64,000 bases of DNA from Phoronis australis (Eukaryota; Animalia; Phoronida): positions 515,407-579,406 of the forward strand of contig NMRA01000047.1 of assembly GCA_002633005.1 (NCBI GenBank). Direction: 5' to 3'. The notes under the pieces were generated by a model that did not search any database, was not told the origin of the DNA, and was given only the letters and a program-made list of their open reading frames with translations. Positions within the stretch are counted from its first letter, which is position 1. Each line of letters begins with the position of its first letter. Below are positions 63,824 to 64,000 of the stretch, piece after piece. A program made the position numbers and the translations under genes.

Positions 63824-64000
63824 CATAGGCGGATTTAGGGGGGGCAGGGGGCCCAGGCCCCCCCCCCCCCCCCTTGGCTGCCGCAAAAAATAAAACAGTA
63901 AGAACGTAGGGAAATGTTGAGTTTACTAATTAACCCCGGTAATTAAAATTATACGGATGAAAAAAGATTTAAATGTGTGCAGTTTTAGTGTTGGGGGGTG
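63824..64000 (+). mobile_element. Left end of another probable hAT-like element, truncated by the window edge
   Basis: CATAGGCGGATTTAGGGGGGGGCAGGGGGCCCAGGCCCCCCC is similar in style to the terminus at 52446. Confidence 0.5.

Noticed and set aside
1-64000. Prokaryotic systems (operons, CRISPR, defence islands, rRNA)
   Set aside because: All genes are spliceosomal-intron eukaryotic genes and no such signatures were seen.

Overview
Eukaryotic, intron-rich, AT-rich animal genomic DNA. It looks like a marine invertebrate, and a lophotrochozoan/mollusc is my guess, not something the sequence proves. There are no prokaryotic features. I reconstructed five spliced genes by hand, checking splice sites and phases. 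(1) A JADE/PHF17-family PZP chromatin scaffold on the minus strand that runs off the left edge. (2) NCBP2/CBP20 (+), whose intron 2 is U12-type (minor spliceosome). (3) A UIF/FYTTD1-like Q/R-rich protein with a UAP56-binding motif (-). (4) CAND1 (+), with only one coding intron, head-to-head with the UIF-like gene. (5) A large unnamed secreted or surface protein (+) built only from phase-1 exons: short Cys modules, EGF/EB-like modules and at least 7 Ig domains, running off the right edge. Introns and spacers contain a deleted piggyBac, several TTAA-flanked Kolobok-like elements with THAP remnants, a hAT remnant, MITEs, a nested foldback and a tRNA-derived SINE head. The most unusual signals are three independent tandem duplications sitting exactly on splice sites, the U12 intron, the near intron-less CAND1, the NCBP2-UIF adjacency and the Cys/EGF/Ig architecture. 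All coordinates were counted by hand and may be off by a few bases.
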